Shown here: in pieces, positions 61,405 to 64,000 of the stretch
Position numbering within the stretch: position 1 is the first letter of the stretch
Layout of the letters: the number at the start of each line of letters is the position of its first letter
From: Malacoraja senta
Lineage: Eukaryota
Direction: 5' to 3'
Length of the DNA: 64,000 nucleotides
NCBI GenBank assembly: GCA_038087875.1
Contig: JAXLNO010000696.1
Span: 1-64,000 of the forward strand
Program-made: the position numbers and the translations under genes
The notes under the pieces: generated by a model
The model's database searches: none
The model's input: the letters and a program-made list of their open reading frames with translations, nothing else
What the model was told of the DNA's origin: nothing

Positions 61405-63295
61405 AGAGGGACGTTGCCAAGTCTCAGAATTTCCGCTCACTCCGGGTGTTGTCGCCGCTTCACTGACACACACCCTTACACACACCCTGGCGCACACACC
61501 CTCACATACTCTCTCACACACCCTCACACATACAGACACACACACTCACACACACACCATCACACACATCCTCACACACATCCTCACACATACACCCTCA
61601 CACATACACACTCACACTCTCTCACACTCTCTCACACGCACACACACCATCACACATACACTCACACACACTGACACACCCACACACACACGCTCACACA
61701 CACACTTACACACACTCTTACACACACTCTCACACACTGATGCACACTCTCATACATACTGACACACACTATCACACCCTCACACACACCTTCACAAAAC
61801 CTGATACACACACACACACACTGACATCCACCCTCACACACTCACACACACTGACACACCCTCACACACACCCTCACACACACCCTCACACACACACTGA
61901 CACACTCTCTCACACACTCTCACACACACTCTCACAAACACTCACTCACACCCTCACACACACTGATGCACACACTCTCACATACACTCTCACACACACT
62001 GACACACACTCACACACACTCACTCACACCCTCACACACACCCTCACACACACCCTCACACTCACACATCTTCACACACACCCTCGCTTCAATAAAAATG
62101 AGATGCTAACTTCATCTAAAGTTGGGATGAAGGGCCTGTTTCCATGCTGTAAGACTATGACACATTGTAGAAAGGGTGCAATTCCTCTGGAGAGGATCCA
62201 GCGGTGATTTATGAAGATGTTGACAGGGGTGGAATTTTTTTTTCACTTTGAAGAAAGATTTGATAACTGGGATTGTATTCTCTGCAGCAACAGAGGTGAA
62301 GAAAAGACTTAGTTGTGATGAATAATATTATGAAAATATGACCTGTTTTGCTTAACAAAGTGCGTAGGAAGGAACTGCAGATGCTGGTTTAAACTGAAAT
62401 AGCTGGAATAACTCAGCGGGACAGGCAGCATCTCTGGAGAGAAAGAATGGGTGATGTTTCGGGTCGAGACCTTCAGACTGAAGAGGTTGAAAACCAGCCA
62501 TATACAGTGGATGTAAAACACAATGACTGGAGATGTGTGTTATCCAACTAAGGGCAGAAATCAGAATCATGTGTTCATCTTTATTGACGTGACACCATAA
62601 TAAATATATTACAGAAAAAGTAATTTAATGGGGTGGCATGGTGGCGCAGCGGTAGAATTGCTGCCTTACAGCACCACGGACCCAGGTTTGATCCTGACTA
62701 CGGGTGCTGTCTGTACAGAATTTGTACATTCTCCCTATGACCGCATGGGTTTTCTCTAGATATTCCGGTTTCTCCCACATCTGGAAAATTGCAAGCTTGT
62801 AGGTTAATTGGCTTCTGTAAATTGTCCCTGGCATGTAGGATAGAACTGGTGTATGGTTGAATGCTGGTCAGTATGGACATGGTGGGCCAAAGGGCCTGTT
62901 TCCATATATATGTTTTACGTATATATCAGAATTTAATTGAACCATATACTTGGTTGAATATGTGACGTTATTTTCGTCTTGTTTCTATAGTCAAAGGATT
63001 CATTTATTTGTGCAGAACAGTGATGGAAGTCTGACTCCTCTTGCCTAGTTTCTGTTTTTATTTTCTATATGTATATATATATATATATATATGCATAACA
63101 GCATGAATTATAGTCTGATTTCCATACATGAATATACTAAGGTCATTCATGTGCTGCACCTGTTGATCAGAGCCTGGCTCTACTGTGGAATGTAATTAGG
63201 AACATTATTTAGCTTAACCTTATTCATACCTAATCCAATTTAAAACATAAATGTTGCATTCAAGTGCAAGTTAAATGTTGCATTCAAATGTAAGG
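61405..63295 (+). repeat. Inverted paralog of IFIT intron 1 (pre-hAT state)
   Basis: Reverse complement of about 25049-25935 joined directly to about 18535-18937. Confidence 0.88.
61465..62085. repeat. Expanded CA-rich low-complexity tract
   Basis: Degenerate (cacacacactct/ccct) units. Confidence 0.92.
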
Positions 63296-63436
63296 TGTCC
63301 TCCCCCCCTTGGTTGCTGCACTCCCTCGGGCTTGATCATTGCACTCTCTTGCAATTCTAACTCTCAACTATCACCCAATGTTGGCAGCACTGCATTATTA
63401 TCATTATTATTATTATTAATCCTAATCGTAACTCTT

Positions 63437-64000
63437 ACATAGATACATAGATACATAGAAAATAGGTGCAGGAGTAGGCCATTCGGCCCTTCGAGCCTGC
63501 ACCGCCATTCAATATGATCATGGCTGATCATCCAACTCAGTATCCCGTACCTGCCTTCTCTCCATACCCCCTGATCCCTTTAGCCACAAGGGCCACATCT
63601 AACTCCCTCTTAAATATAGCCGATGAACTGGCCTCAACTACCCTCTGTGGCAGAGAGTTCCAGAGATTCACCACTCTCTGTGTGAAAAAGTTTTTCCTCA
63701 TCTCGGTCTTAAAGGATTTCCCCCTTATCCTTAAGCTGTGACCCCTTGTCCTGGACTTCCCCAACATCGGGAACAATCTTCCTGCATCTAGCCTGTCCAA
63801 CCCCATAAGAATTTTGTATGTTTCTATAAGATCCCCTCTCAATCTCCTAAATTCTAGCGAGTATAAGCCAAGTCTATCCAGTCTTTCTTCATATGAAAGT
63901 CCTGACATCCCAGGAATCAGTCTGGTGAACCTTCTTTGCACTCCCTCCATGGCTATAATGTCCTTCCTCAGATTTGGAGACCAAAACTGTACGCAATACT
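63437..64000 (-). mobile_element. CR1-type LINE 3' part (continues beyond the window)
   Basis: ORF 63537-63950 EGVQRRFTRLIPG...WNSLP and a (tatgtatc)n tail. Confidence 0.9.

Noticed and set aside
61352..62207. His/Thr-rich ORFs
   Set aside because: Translation of a CA repeat.

Overview
Vertebrate genomic DNA, most likely a cartilaginous fish such as a skate or ray (inferred from HE1/V-SINE-type SINEs, HER1/CR1-type LINEs and Penelope-derived repeats). The window covers part of a segmentally duplicated IFIT (interferon-induced TPR protein) cluster buried in nested transposons. One complete IFIT5-like gene lies on the minus strand. Its 5-nt coding exon 1 (ATGAG, 27221-27225) splices in phase to exon 2 (16882-18313), giving 478 aa, and a TATA box and tandem ISREs lie upstream. 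The 3' end of a convergent paralog is at 3-62, and duplicated IFIT flank and intron blocks recur at 50-63 kb. About 15 bp upstream of the ISREs begins a 12.4-kb nest: a short-LTR Gypsy element containing a defective class I (epsilon/ZFERV-like) endogenous retrovirus. The top candidate for an unusual system is a 2H-phosphoesterase-like domain with two HxT motifs between the protease and RT of this provirus. Other elements include a DIRS retrotransposon, a hAT element with a visible empty site, a near-intact Rex1, two L1s (one with a 90-bp TSD), a Helitron, L2s, MITEs and SINEs. All alignments were made by eye; no searches were run.
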